Shown here piece after piece: positions 12,478 through 25,800 of a DNA stretch of 64,000 bases; positions within the stretch are counted from its first letter, which is position 1; each line of letters starts with the position of its first letter. This DNA is from Stylophora pistillata (taxonomy: Eukaryota). The translations under genes and the position numbers were made by a program. The stretch spans positions 495,133 to 559,132 of the forward strand of contig NW_019217946.1 of the NCBI RefSeq assembly GCF_002571385.2, written 5' to 3'. A model generated the notes under the pieces. That model did no database searches and was not told the DNA's origin. It worked only from the letters and a program-made list of their open reading frames with translations.

Positions 12478-15400
12478 TCAAGAATCCATAGGATTTATTG
12501 CTGAATAGGACGTAAGGTGGCACGAATTTTCTTCGTTTCCTCTTTTTCCGGAAAGGATCTTCTTCACAGTCTCTTTCACCTGTAACAGAAGGATCATTTA
12601 CTCTATGGAAAATAATGTAGAGGCACTATGGAACCAGTTGACGAGACTGATACTGGAAAAGAAGGAGCGGGTGTTGAGCTAATTCGGTTTTTTCCCTACT
12701 ATTTGTTACTCTATTACTAGATAGAATTGCCATTTCATTGACGTTTCTTAGGCCTCAGTCTTTCTCACTCGAAAACCAACAAACAGACAGACAAAGGGGA
12801 AAGTCTTTTGCCGGAATATTTCACAGTTTCTCAATTACAAAGTGAGTCAGAGTAAATCGGATATAAAACGATCTGTTACAGGTAATTTCCTAGAGACATT
12901 AGAGAATTTATTTAACATCTTACGGGACCTACATTAGTAAAATACGTCCCGAACTTTTTATCCTCTCTCATAGTTTCTGTTACTGGACAGGTGTTCTGTT
13001 CAGCTGGCATGGCCTGCTTGGGTTTGGTGCCTGAGTGTCTACATTGTCGTCTCAAGTTCTATGCAGCAGAGTGAAACAATATTATGTTAGGAAAGAATAA
13101 GCTAATGTCTTACGTAGCCATACGTCAAGAACTGCTTTCTAACGAGCCGTGCGGGATCCGTGAATGTTTGGTAGGTGAGTCCAAACTTGAATTTAGAAAG
13201 TCTGTTTACGAGCCAGTGACACACCAGTGGCCGGTGCTTAACTCCGGTTTACATAGCACGAAGCGACTAGGAGAATTTCTACTCCCCCCTAGATGGGATG
13301 CTAGTCCATCGCAGGGTTACCCCCCAGCATTAAATTTGCCGGTACCCATTTAAACACCTGGGTGAAGAGAGGCACGGTGAAAGTAAAGTGTCTTGCCGAA
13401 GAATACAACACAATGTCTCCGGCCAGGGCTCGAACCCAGACCACTCGACCCGGAGTCGAGCGCACCAACCTTGAGGCCACAGCGCCTCCACTTCATTTAG
13501 AAAACAGTTTTTTTTCTCTTCTCAAGACATGAGAAAGTGAAATATTTAAACTTTATTGGTAATATGCGATCCTATCGTTGAAAAAACTTTTTTTTTTGTT
13601 TCTTGTTTTTGAGTTATGAATTTGTTAGTTTGTTTCCGATTTGAGATTATTTTTGTACAATCTGCTCTTTGATCTTTTCCAAAACAAACATGAAGCTTTG
13701 GAATCAATAAAATTAAATACCGTTAGATTCTGTTGTTTATACCGAACAAGAGATTATAGTTTCTTGTACCAAACAAATCAAACAGATCCTTTCGTCATGA
13801 AACAAAGTCGTCCAGAACTTATGGTCTTGGGTTCGAATCTTTTAAAAGCACTTAGGATTTCTTCCTTTTTTTTTTCTAAAACGCTTCCAGATTTATCAAA
13901 AAAGATTCAAAAGCCCAGTTTTTCAATGAACAAGAAGCTCAAGGTAGCTTAGAATTATGCGCTGGAGGTTCCACCTTGTATAAAATAAGTACGCAATATG
14001 CACATAGTCGGAAATGCAGTTTGAAAACTGTGTCCAATACCCAATTAATCTCTGCTGTGTAGATCAAAAACTTTTGATCCAACATTAGGCAAACAGTATA
14101 TTGCTATTGTGTTATGTCAACTGTTAAAATAAATGCATGATAATTATCTAGGACCAAGGACTTAAAAACATCTGACAGTGATGTAACATAGAGAAAATCT
14201 GCAATTACAAGAGGTGCAACCCAATTTGCAAACCACTATAGCTTTCGCTGTAAGTCAATTGTTAGTTTATGTCAAGTTTGTGACCAAGTCAACCATAACA
14301 GGCAAAACTGTCAGCAACAGGAGTCTCTGTTTGGCTGATTGCGACAATGCAGAATACATATTGTTCCCAATGTTCAAAATTTGAACCACCTTAGCTGAAG
14401 AGGTTGTTGAATTTCTGAAGTTAAAAACAAGTGCTGATCGAAACTGACTTTGCCACAAATTGTGTGCCTGCATTTGTTATACCAATACCTCAACATTACA
14501 TTCACTGTAGGTTGCCGCAATAGTTTTAGTTAGATCAAGAATTCCTAGATGTGGATTTCTTTCGATGTCGGTGGAAAGCATAATATTGAAGTGATGGTGA
14601 AGCTTTTAAATACAGCAGGTTTTTAGTTGGCTCTAATTTGTGCTTTCTTATGATTTTTCTTGGGTTTTGTTTCCAACTGCTTAAAATAGCACTATGTTGT
14701 GCACAAGGTACGCAAATGTTTTAATGGCATCAATATCATAAACACTAGCGGGATCCTGGTTTGCCTCTACGTCATTTGCGAGTCGAATCAACTTAAGATT
14801 GCAATTTAGGCGATAAAAGTAGATCTGTGTAAGCTACAGGCGATTCATCCCCAACATTTCATATACGCGAACCAACCTTTTTAATACTAGCAAATATACC
14901 GCCTCTAAATAAAACAAAAAGATGATCGAGCACCAGAATTTCCCCTCGAAGGATCCTCGAAATTTCTTGACTACCAAATAAACGTGATGCATGTCAACGA
15001 CTTGCCTGTATTTTGTAAACTATTCCCCATTTACCCTCGTTGTACGCGCAGTTGGCGTTATTAGTAATTCTTAGAAATGCTCATATTTGCTTATATTAAT
15101 GAAGGTTCAGTTCTGCTCAGGTTAACCCCAGGTTAAGGTTAGGGTTAGAGTTAGGGTTGTTTCTCTAAGGCTATGTTGCTCTTTCCATGCATTTTCTCAA
15201 CAGCTTAGCGCATTTTTTGCCGCCACAGAATATTTCTAGTAATCCCCCCCCCCCGCTCCCTTTCCCCACCAAAATCGACAATCAACACAGTGCTTAATAT
15301 ATCCGTGTACAAATTTGCATACAAAAATGTGATACCAAAAATAAGAAGAAATGGAAGGCATTTTACCACTCATGCATTTAGTGCACATGAGTAATAACGA

Positions 15401-18400
15401 GTATCCTTACCCTTGAGAAATGACCTCTGCACAGACTTTCTACCCTATCGACCTTTCTCTGTCGGTTGTTTTGAAGTTTTTGGAGTTTGCCAAACTCCTC
15501 TTTCTCTTTGTCGTTCATTTTTTCTGATGCCGCTGCCAAATCTTCAACTCGATGCACCAGATCGTTGTGTTCCGCTCGGAGACCGTGATATGCAAAGTCG
15601 TAAAACTCTCCTTTCACCTCCTCATTGGTGCATTTGCAAGTATCAGCCGCGATGGAGAGAACAGAGTTATACAACTCTTGTAGACTTACACTGAGTCTTG
15701 TTAAAACAATCAGTTTGTCTCTTGTTTCTTGCTCTTCCAACACAGACGTAACTTTACTACAAAGCAGCCTGTTGAAGTGTTTCACCTTTGCCGCGTCGAT
15801 TTCAACCCCTGTATTAGCCCGATTTGGTGCGAGATTATTTCTGGTATCTTCTAAATCAACCTCTCGGAGTGAATTATCGAAGTTCTCGGCAAAATTCTGC
15901 AAAAGTACACCAAAACTTCCTTTTTATCACGCGAAAAAGAAGAAAAGTGAGTGAAAAGTATTAAATAGTGGTATTAATGTCGGTAAAAATGAATTTGTTA
16001 GGTCGTGCAAGAACTTTTAAGAAGACGCATTGCTCGCCACAGATAACTATATTTTTTCCTTAGTACCTGGAGCGTATTAATTAAGTAATGAGTATTCGCG
16101 AAGAGCATAAAATTAGAGCATAAAATGCGGTAACCAACCTCTTGAGATGTGTCTTGACGTTCCTGCTTTAGTATGGACAGTTCTTTTCTCAATTCTTGAA
16201 TTAATCCGTGTAATTCCCGGCTCTGTTTCATCAAACAGTACAAAGTAAAATGTTCATTTCTTTTTTGTTTCCATGAAACTCAAGTACCAGATAATTAAAG
16301 TATCCGTCGTTTGGTATTTCCTTTTCCTTCGGTTTCTTTTGCTTTTGTAGCTCCTGCTTTATCACTTCCAATTGGTGGCACTATTCATTTGTGTATACAA
16401 ATGCTTTTCGTGTTAGTAATGACCATTTCTGCCATTAAGGAATAACTAATTTTTTTCATAGAATTCCTCACCTCTCTTCTTAATTGATCGTAATTTTTCT
16501 CTATTTTATTCATTCTGTTCTCCATCTGAAATAAGATAACAAATAAAACTTTGAATATTTCACCAGCCGATGACTCCTCTATGGGCTTACCTCTTGCAGA
16601 GTTCATCTTTTTTTAGAAGGAGCCATGGTTTCAGCTCTTACAATGGACAAAATCGAAGGAATCCCTTTTACGAATGGTTAAGCCCCTTTTGCTAAAAGTC
16701 CTTTGGACCTAAATTCGTAGTCATCCATTCATCCAAGAAAGATTCTTAGAGAGATGTAAGACCTTATCCTATAACACTTGTGCTGCTGGAAGTTTGATTA
16801 TTTACCTGCTTTGAGTCGTTTGTTCCTGTTCCGTCATCCTCTTCTGATAACAAGAGACCTTGAAATAAAGTTGTATGGAGAGTATCTTACATTACCTACA
16901 CTTTTATTTTATAAGATAAAAGACATAAGACAGTCACCCTTCGTAAAACTTAGAAAAGGGTGAAGCACTGCATTAAAAATAACTTTCAAAAATTTAACAC
17001 GTTAGAGGGAATCTTCCCTAATCCCCTGCTAAAAGGTACCATAGGCTTAAGGTTACACAGAGAGCATGTCAATATGTGCTAAGAGGTTTTGTTTAGCGTA
17101 TTTCGTTCGTTTGTCTTCGTTCGACTTAGAAATGAGTCTAATATATTATTACGAATAAATTACTAATGTTTAGAACGTAAAACGAGATCATCCCTATTTA
17201 CAAGTCAACTAGCGAGTACTGGAGTAGCATTACGTACCCTGAAGTATTTCAGCCACTTTCTTAAGCCCTATACTGGTTAGAGCATTAGCGAGCCTTTCAA
17301 CAGTAGCGTCCTTTCCCTCCTGATTGATCCAGGCTACAATGACTGCGATGCAGCATTCCTTGGTGTCGCCCTTGTCATTCTTAGTCGTGCCAATAAAAGC
17401 TTCTTTGAAATTTAGCTGTCGCGCCAGGTTTTTCCACCTCTCCCCAACCTCATCAGGCAATTGATGTTCGTGCATAATGCGCTCGCTCATCAGTTTCCGG
17501 CTGCACTTAATGCTAGAACAATCTGCTAAAAGTACCATAGCTTAGAGTTACACAGAGTACATATTAATACGCGCTAACAGGTTTTGTTCAGCAAATTGGT
17601 TATGGTGAAAAAGTATGGAAGCGATAAAATTGTCCTTGTGTAACTAAAAATCGAATACAAAGATGTTTTTGATGATCGATGATCTGCTGCTAGTAAGCCA
17701 GTAGTTTATTCAGGTATTATTGACCGAGCGTGAGGTAAAGTTGGTCGGGCACTTGCAAAGCTTTTGTTTGCGTCATCTTGGTAGACGAAGACCGAATCCT
17801 TTCAGACATCTGATTGGCTAGTTTGATCGAAATTGAGACAGATATAAAAGGAAATAAGTCCACTTTTCGCAAACTCTGACAAGTTAGTTGAGAGCAGAGC
17901 CCCTAATCACTTCTGCTGAACAAAAAGAAGTGAGGTATCTAGTTTACTCGTTAGTCAGATGAACCGTAAAGACGTTGGCGACGCTTTGTTTAGCATCCTC
18001 CTCCCTGAAAAAGTTGTTTTTGTCGCTGCAGAGCAGCCTCAGAATAGATAACACCACTCGTCTGCCAATTCTTAAGCAGATGATACTGTTGGTAATGCGT
18101 TTTTAAGCTACAATTGTCTTTGACGGACCAAATATGGCGGCGGGAGCAATTTGAAGATACGATATGCCGCGCGCGTTAAAGATTCACAACGTAGAAAACT
18201 GTCACTTTTGTTGTCAATGGACTGCATGTTGATTAATTATATCGGCTAAGAGACCTTACATGATGAGCAGGAAGTTTTCTTTCCGAATATGTGCGGTATG
18301 CCGGTTAAGTAGCCTTTGAAGGGAATTTTCTCTTTGCCGTTTTTTTTTATGCGGAAGTCAAGGGCAAGGGAGCAAAGTAGACTGAGCAACAACAAGGTTT

Positions 18401-18699
18401 TTAAACACGCACACGGAAGCATTGAAGGAATATGATAAAAAACAAGATTGATTCGAAAGAAAAATAAATGAACTGAACATTAAATACCTCATACATATTT
18501 TTATCCCTACAGTGCACATAATTACAAAAAAAAAAAATAACCAAATTTTTCAATATCACTGCTAGTATGTAATTTCACGAAGAGAAATTATCAANCCGGA
18601 AATTACTGCGGCAATATTGGAACTTAGCTAAGATAGACCCTAACTAAATTCCGTTATGATGTACTTACCCATTTCTGAGGGTTTAATGATATTTTCCAT
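12478..18699 (-). CDS. Gene A2: death domain + coiled-coil + helical-bundle protein (~440 aa)
   Basis: Predicted exons: 18699-18669, 17522-17238 (death domain), 16858-16806, 16525-16472, 16380-16288 (donor uncertain), 16222-16139, 15896-15411, 13058-12924, 12579-12478 (TGA). GT-AG junctions, consistent phases, and in-frame indels relative to A1. Confidence 0.8.
13200..13489 (-). mobile_element. tRNA-derived SINE with a V-domain-like core
   Basis: Minus strand begins GGAGGCGCTGTGGCCTCAAGG (A-box-like), then GGTTCGAGCCC (B-box) and CCTGCGATGGACTAGCATCCCATC (V-SINE-like). Absent at the homologous intron position in A1 and A3. Imperfect TSD acttgaatttagaaa / acttcatttagaaa. Confidence 0.8.
13900..15260 (-). 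mobile_element. Decayed transposon fragment (probably Helitron-associated) with a remnant papain-like/C76-like peptidase ORF
   Basis: A2-specific intronic insertion. Frameshifted translation: MLSTDIERNPH..TKTIAATYSECNVEV/GITNAGTQFVA/SALVFNFRNSTTSSAKVVQILNIGNNMYSALSQSAKQRLLLLTVLP. Telomere-like ggttaaggttagggttagagttagggtt at 15132-15158. Family call is from recalled similarity only. Confidence 0.45.
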
Positions 18700-19624
18700 C
18701 TGTCTTGTACCCTTAAAGATAGCGTGTCAAAGTAATCAGTTTCCTAGGAATCAAACAATATTGTCTCTCGGACAAAACAATTTTAATATCTTAGGCAAGA
18801 GCTCGTCTGAAAATTTTCATTTTAACTCAGGAGTTGCACATCTTTCGGACGGCCGTTTTGTTTACTTGTTTGGAAGGTAAATCGCCTCTTCAAGGAAAAC
18901 TGGAGAATCGCAAGGTACACAATCTAGACCCAACTGGAGCTAACTAGAAACTATTTCCCCCTCGGATTTTGTCAAGCTAAGCCGGCCGTCATGTGACAGC
19001 GGGTCAGTGAACCGTTAATAATCAAGGGGTTTTCTAAATTATTTAGAAGTGTCAATGTCGTTAGACTTCTGTAAAAAACTCGTATATGTCATTTTAAAGG
19101 CTAGAACGGCGCGTGTTTGTCAAGTTAGCAAATTTCTTTGACTTCTTTTGAAGATGGTTGAAATTAGAAGGAAATCAATGCACTCGTTAGGAGCAATCTC
19201 ATAGTCACGAAATCCCGTATACCTTCACAAGCTTTTGAGATCAAGTGAAATCTCACAACTGTATTTAGTTTTTACTCATAATCATCCAGCCCAAATTTTG
19301 AGCTAGCTGAGAGTCCACGCGAACCTCGAGGGCGGCTACGAAAGGCGCCCGCGCAGTTTCCGATGGTCGGTAAACGAATTAAATATATATGGAATTGATG
19401 CCTGCTGCTTGGAGCCAATCTAACGCAATCGCAGTTGATTTTTGTCCCACGCCAGTTAATTAATCGATGAAGAATAATCAAATTGAGTCAGGTACGGTCC
19501 GTTCAAATTTATACGTTGGCACAGCGATTACTGATGGGGTGATGACTCGTATCTAATCGTGCGTGACTCGCATCTATTCGTGGGTGACTTGCGTCATGAT
19601 CAATTCGCAGGTGACGCTTAAAAG

Positions 19625-21070
19625 ACGAAAATTCAAAACAAAGATGGCGGCGTGAGGCTTTATTCTACTTTTGTAAGAAGTTTACCTAACAGCGTGTATT
19701 TAATGTGTTGAACGGCCACTGCGTATGCAGGAGACAGAAACGAAGATAAAGAAGACGATTCTCGGAGACATAAAGGTTGCTTCATATCTAAACGAAATAT
19801 CCAACCGATATGAAATCTTGCGCAACGGCGAAAAAAGGAGAACTCAAGAGAAGGATAATCTGCCTGAAGTGGAAGAAGACTGGGAAACTTCAAGGAAAAT
19901 AATATAATATAGCCAGAAGTTCTGAGTAGGTCCTTTAAGATGAGCCCGGGAGGCTGTCTTTGACGACCATTGATTGATTTTCTGAGCAGCAAACGTCTGT
20001 AAACATGAGATCGTAGGTGCTCGCGCGAACACACGCGATAGTCAGCGGTAGCTACAACAGATTATGAGCAAATGTCGATCTTATAGAATCCGGATTTTTA
20101 AATGCGCGAGAACGCGCGTGGGAATTGCTAAACTCATGAAAAAAAGTCCGGTGACCCCCTTCTTTTTATTGTTCCAGTATGATAATAACGTTGAAAGAAA
20201 TCGTCAGAAAAAAAAAAATAGAAAATTCTACAGAAGGACATTTGCGATTAGGCCTTTATAGATTATGCTAGAATAATTTTGGGCATAATTTGAGCAAACT
20301 GGCATAATTTCTGCCAAGTAGCAATGCTAGCATGTTTTGATAATTATCGGATCATTTTTGACGGATGTTGCAATTTGATCATCATTCACCTCTACTCCCA
20401 AGCACTTGGTGATGTTATTCAATGTTTTACGTTTTAGTTTAAGTAGTAGCATTTGTAGTTCAATGTGAATCACTGAGCGGCGTCTGAAATGGTCTGAGCC
20501 CGGGTCTGGGGTGCACCAGAACCGGAAGTCACATTGTAGGTCATGTTGGTGTGCATGTTCACATGAACCACATGTTTATTTGAATTTCATTGTGGATTTG
20601 TTGCGTTTCTTTATTGTAGACCAACGGCTTCTAACTTAATTATGTACTTTTTGGACTTATTTGCAATTTTTTCAAAGAGCATAATTTTAAAAAAAAGGCA
20701 TAATTTGGAAAAAAGAGCATAGTTTTAGCATAATTTCGCCGAAAAGAAAGCAATGCTACTAGCATAATATGCTACTTTTACTAGCATAATCTATAAAGGC
20801 CTATTTGCGATGCGTGAAAATTGCCTTTTTCTAGATTTTCTGAGACTCTGCTCCATAGGATTTTTTTCAAATCTTTGTGTATTTTCCTTTTCAAGTGCTG
20901 AAGGCAATCACTGAGAAAAATCACGGGGTCACCGGGTTAGTTTTCAAATTATTTCAGCCAAAAGCTAAAAAATGCGTCTGAATAATCCTTTGAAAACGTT
21001 GCCATGGAAACTTCTAGTGACGAAATGACACCTATTTTTGGATAGCTAATGATTAAATAATTCAACCCAT
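19625..21070. mobile_element. Non-autonomous DNA-transposon-like insertion replacing part of the A2 upstream region (hosts the hAT MITE)
   Basis: A1/A2 homology breaks after gtgacgcttaaaa (9190/19622) and resumes at gaat(a/g)ccttccttt (~9838/21071). Internal inverted motifs ccggtgacccc / ggggtcaccgg. Boundaries are approximate. Confidence 0.45.
20249..20803. mobile_element. hAT-type MITE (555 bp)
   Basis: Perfect 23-bp TIRs (taggcctttatagattatgctag / ctagcataatctataaaggccta), a perfect 8-bp TSD tttgcgat (20241-20248 and 20804-20811), and subterminal gcataat repeats. Confidence 0.9.
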
Positions 21071-21286
21071 GAATGCCTTCCTTTCAGATTAATACAGAAG
21101 TGCCTGGTTATCTAATTTTATCCGGAGAGGTTTCTCCATTGGACTTTGCTAAGATTTGCACAGTTACCGTTGATTAATCTTCAACTTCACTTTAACTTTC
21201 TTTCTCGTAAAAGCCTCCGCAAAGGCAAGAATCCCCCCTTAGTTTAAGGGGAAATACCTCTCTTTATTTTAGGATTTCGAAGACTC

Positions 21287-21473
21287 AGTTAAATAGCTTA
21301 CTAAGATGAACCAATCTATTTGCGAAGAAATCATTCTCCTTCAAGCCCTTGAAAATAGAGACAAAAGCAAATCGTTGCGTTGAGTTAAATAGCTTACTAA
21401 GATGAACCGGTCCATTTGCGAAGAAATAATTCTCCTTCAAGCCCTTTAAAATAGCAATAAAAGCAAATCGTTG
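21287..21473. repeat. ~96-bp tandem duplication
   Basis: agttaaatagcttactaagatgaacc...aaagcaaatcgttg occurs twice; the homologous A1 region (~10055-10143) has a single copy. Confidence 0.9.
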
Positions 21474-22853
21474 TTCGGGGTATTAGAATCTAGTTCCAAA
21501 AAGTGAAAAAACAATTACGATAGTCCTATGGCAAAGATTATTATAATGAGTGGGCTGCCTGTGCTTAAGAAGAAGCTGAGTGATCTCCAGACTCAACACA
21601 GCCATGAAGTGGCTGCTGATGTCTTGACCATATAAGGATCGACAACCAGTGAAGTGTTTCTGTAATTATTTATCGCATACAAGTAAACTCAATCTGTACT
21701 GAAAAGCTTTGGTAGTCACTTGAAGTCATGTGTTCTTATCAGCGGAAACAACCATGTAACAAAAAATTTTGCAAAGGATAAACTAATATCAGCGCAATGG
21801 TGGCTTTGCGCTCTATGCGCATGTAGAAGATAACGTATGTTTCTCGAGGTCAGTCCCCTCTCGATCATAAATACGTGAATTAAGCAAATGCTCCCAACTT
21901 ACGCTTGTACTACTGTAAGAAAAAAATTGCGCAATAAAAAAAACTTTTGAGCCGGTGCTATAAGTGCAGCTTCAAAGTTACACATGTACGCCGTTACAGC
22001 TGCGATTTTCGCCGCGAATTATTGCTCCTATCTGGCCGCGGTTCAGGAGCTTACTCTTTTTAATTACCCTGGGTAAGCTGCGAATAAAGAAACTTAAGAA
22101 ATCGCTGGCGTGCTTTGATACTGATGAATCCGTGCATTCTCTCTAACAAGCTTGTGTATCGCTATCACCATGGTCAGTTTTAGCTATGACTGGCAAAGCA
22201 AATTGTGATCCTGCGTGGCAAAACTCTTAAAGAGTGCCGTGTATTTATAATTGTCACATTTGAATCAGAAAATATAATCGCAGCGAAATTGAATCAAGTT
22301 TTTAAGCACCTAGCTGTCAGTGAGCAACTCCAGAGATATCGCAGTGACAAATTACTCTTAGATCGCGCTGAAATCGCAGCAAAGTTACACGGTATGAGAG
22401 AAAAAGAAATTTAGCTCTAGACTTCCAACCACTTTCTTAAGGTGGTATGATGCTAAGAAAACAGGAATTTGTATTATACTTTCTAAATAATTCCAAATGC
22501 TTTCAATGCTTTTTAGGTGCATCATGCACGGTGGGTGTGCTTAGAGACGTCTTCCTCGAGGATGGCAGATTCATTATAATGCTAAGTTCTGCGTACTGAG
22601 ACCTTGTCATCGTCAACTTCATATCGGCCGCTGGCATCTCAACTGCATTCGAATCGAAGTACGACTAACCAGCTAACTGCTACAATGCGACTTCGAACAA
22701 TTGCTTAGTCTTCGCTGACTCTGTGCGTTTGTTAAATCTTCGTTGACTTTGTGTCTCTTGGTAGATCTTTGTTGACTTTGTGTGTTTGCTAGATTTTTGT
22801 CAACTAGTCATCTAGTGGTAATTGAGCTTTAACTATCTTCCCGGAAAAGCCTT

Positions 22854-25800
22854 TCAAGAATCCCTGTGACTTTTAGAAGAATAGGATATATGACAACACG
22901 TCTTTTCTTTGCTTTCCCTTTTTTTGAAAATAGTCTTCATCGTGGTCTTTTTGCAATTGAACTGCAAGAGAAGAATCATTTACATGGCATATTGGGTCAG
23001 TAAACGGGACTAATACTGGAAGAGAATGAATGGCGTTCAGCTTATTTGGGTTTTTTTCTTTACTATTTCTTATTTACAAGACTCTCGGATGTGATCGATT
23101 ATCATCACCCCAAGTTGCGCACTTATAGCATAAGCCGAGAAATAGTCTAATAGTGATATAAAAGCAAAATGGATGTTATAAAAAGGTTACCATGACAACA
23201 CGGTGAGGTTGAGGCAACAAAGGGGAGGAAAGATTGTTACGAACGCAGACGTCTGTGTCGACGTCTGTATTTCTTTTTTCAACCAAAACGAAAAAAAGTT
23301 CACTTGTGCGCTATCGAAAATTACTCGGCTTCTACTACAAACAAGTAATAGCATGACCTCTACGTGGTCAATAATACCCTCTCGTAATATCTCAAAATCT
23401 CCCAAATACCACTCATTGCTTCGCGGCTCGTGGTATCTTGGACAATTTTGAAATAACACTGGCAGTATTATTGTCAAATACCACTACAAGTCAGGCTATT
23501 TTCTATACTAATTCAAAATCTTACGGGACCTACCTTTGTGAAACACACTTCGAACTTTTCATCCTCGCTCATTGTTTCTGTTACTGGACTGGTGTTGTGT
23601 TCGCCTGGCCTGACCTGTTTGGGTTTGACGCCTGGGTCTGTACGTTTTCGTCTTAATAAGTCCTATGCAGCAGCAGCAGCAGAGTAGAAAAATATTCCGT
23701 TAGGAATGAATGAGGTCACGCCTACAGGGCTGTCAAACGTACAGAAATGTTTGCTAACTAGGGTGGATCCGTGAGTTTTTGATTGGTGGGACCAGACTTG
23801 GGACAAGTAATAAAAATACCCAGAGGTCAGGTGGGTGGTCTGGATGCCCTAGCCCGTACCCTGCATCCGCCACGGGAGAAGTTTTTAGTGCGACGAAGAC
23901 CAGAAAAAAAAAGGATCAAACAAAACAGAATCGAAGTGTCTTCAGATCAAACAAAGAAAGAATGGAAATATACATGAAACTAAATTTGAACTTACGAAAG
24001 CTTTATTTCAACCTCTACTTTTTTTGGAACAAATTTATTAACTTATTCATTAGTTTAGATTTACCTTATTACAATGACAAGTCGGACATGGTGCAGAATG
24101 GCAAGATGGAGGAAGACCTTCAGGCTGCAGTGCATAAAGACATAAGAAAGAAAAACTTAATATATGTCCTTGATGATATCTCTTGCTCGTTTTGTTTTTG
24201 TTATCAATTTATTAGTATCTCTCCGATGTTGATAATTTTCGATCAAAGCTCTCTACCAACATATTCAGCTTTGGTCTGTTAGGAAAATTAAAACGAAACT
24301 ATTGGATTATTAGACTGAAATATCGTTTGATTCTAGTGTCGATACGAAGCAAGTCCTTTAGTCATGAAACAAAATAGTGCAGATCAAAGGGTCTGTTCGA
24401 ATCTCTTTGAAAGCACTTCGGATCTCTTTTCTTTCCTGAAAATTCCACATGTATCAACATAGATTTAAAAGAATATTTTTCACTGAATCCGTGCAGGTAT
24501 TCTTACCGGCGAGAACAGACCTCTCCACAGATTTTCAAGTTTATCGACCTCTCTCTGTCGGTTGGTCTGAAGTTGTTGGAGTTTACCGAAATCCTTTTTC
24601 TCCTCGTCTGACATTTTTTCTCGTGCCGTTGCCAAATCCTCAACTCGGTGCACCAAATCGTTATGCTCCGCTCTGATACCGTGATACGCAAAATCATGAA
24701 ATTCTTGTTTCACCTTCTCACTGCATTTACAAGTCTCGGCTGCCATTGAGAGGACAGAGCTGTATAACTCTTGCAGACTTACACTGATTCTAAATAAAAG
24801 GTCTATTGTGACAGAAACTCTCAGCTTGTCTTCCTTTACTTCCGGCACTTGCAAAGGAGAAGTCACTTTTATATAGAGCTGTTCGTTGAGGTCTTTCAGC
24901 TTTTCATCAACTTCACGCTCAGCATCAGCTCTGGTATCTTCTGAATCATTCTCTCGGTGTGACACATCAAATTTGTACTCCAAATCCTGCAAAAGTTGAC
25001 AGAACCCTCTTTTCCATTAAAAAAGGAAGGAATGTGAGACATAAGTGATAAATAGCGTCTGTAAAAACTTGTCCATTCGGCTGACTGGGGTAAAACTATT
25101 AAAAAGACACACCGTTCGCCACAAGTGACTACTCCTTGTCCTTAGTAAGAACAATTCAGGTAAATAATGCTTTTGGCGGGCACTGATTGGCTGGTAAAGA
25201 GACAAAATCGCGCGTCAAGAATTCGATTTGTTTGATATCGATAGAAATAAACTAATTTGTTTGATTTCTGTGTGATATATACTAAAACAATTATTCATCT
25301 TAGTGTTGGTGAGAGTGGTAGGTATTTACTTCCCACTTTGGGGTGCCTAGCAAGGAAGGGGTGCGGGCACTTGTGTTATGCTAATGAGCTTCGAGCTACG
25401 CGCGACGGTTTAAGGGAACATGAACAAGAACAGATCAGAATATATGATTGCCAACCTCTTGAGCATTAGAAGTGTCTTGAAGTTTTTGTTTTACTATGGC
25501 CAGTTCCTCCTCCAGTTCCAGATTCCTTTGTGTTATACTCTCATTTTCCTTTTCTAGCTGCTGGATTCTGTCTTGCAACTGGTGGCGTTGTTAAGTGATA
25601 AAAATATAAATCCGTTTCAAGTTAGTAATAGATATCTCCGCTAAGAATCAGGAGAAATGCATTTTATCAATGAAAGAATTTCGTACCTCTATTTTTAAGA
25701 GTTCCCAGTTTTTCTCCATTTCATTTATTCTATTTTCTATCTGAAAAAAGATAACAAGAATGTCAAAATTTCTTAAGGCAGTGACTTACAGACTAAACCC

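Noticed and set aside
13400-13489. tRNA gene
   Set aside because: The A and B boxes belong to the SINE head; no complete cloverleaf is evident and the sequence continues into the SINE body.
15132-15158. Interstitial telomere or chromosome-fusion scar
   Set aside because: Only about 4 degenerate TTAGGG-like units, inside an A2-specific transposon relic.
24065-24435. Additional coding exons in the intron after the helical-domain exon (also 4259-4299 and 13660-13875)
   Set aside because: Splice-like signals exist, but frames close with stops that differ between paralogs, and the flanking exons already join in phase 0. A1's gap prevents a full check.
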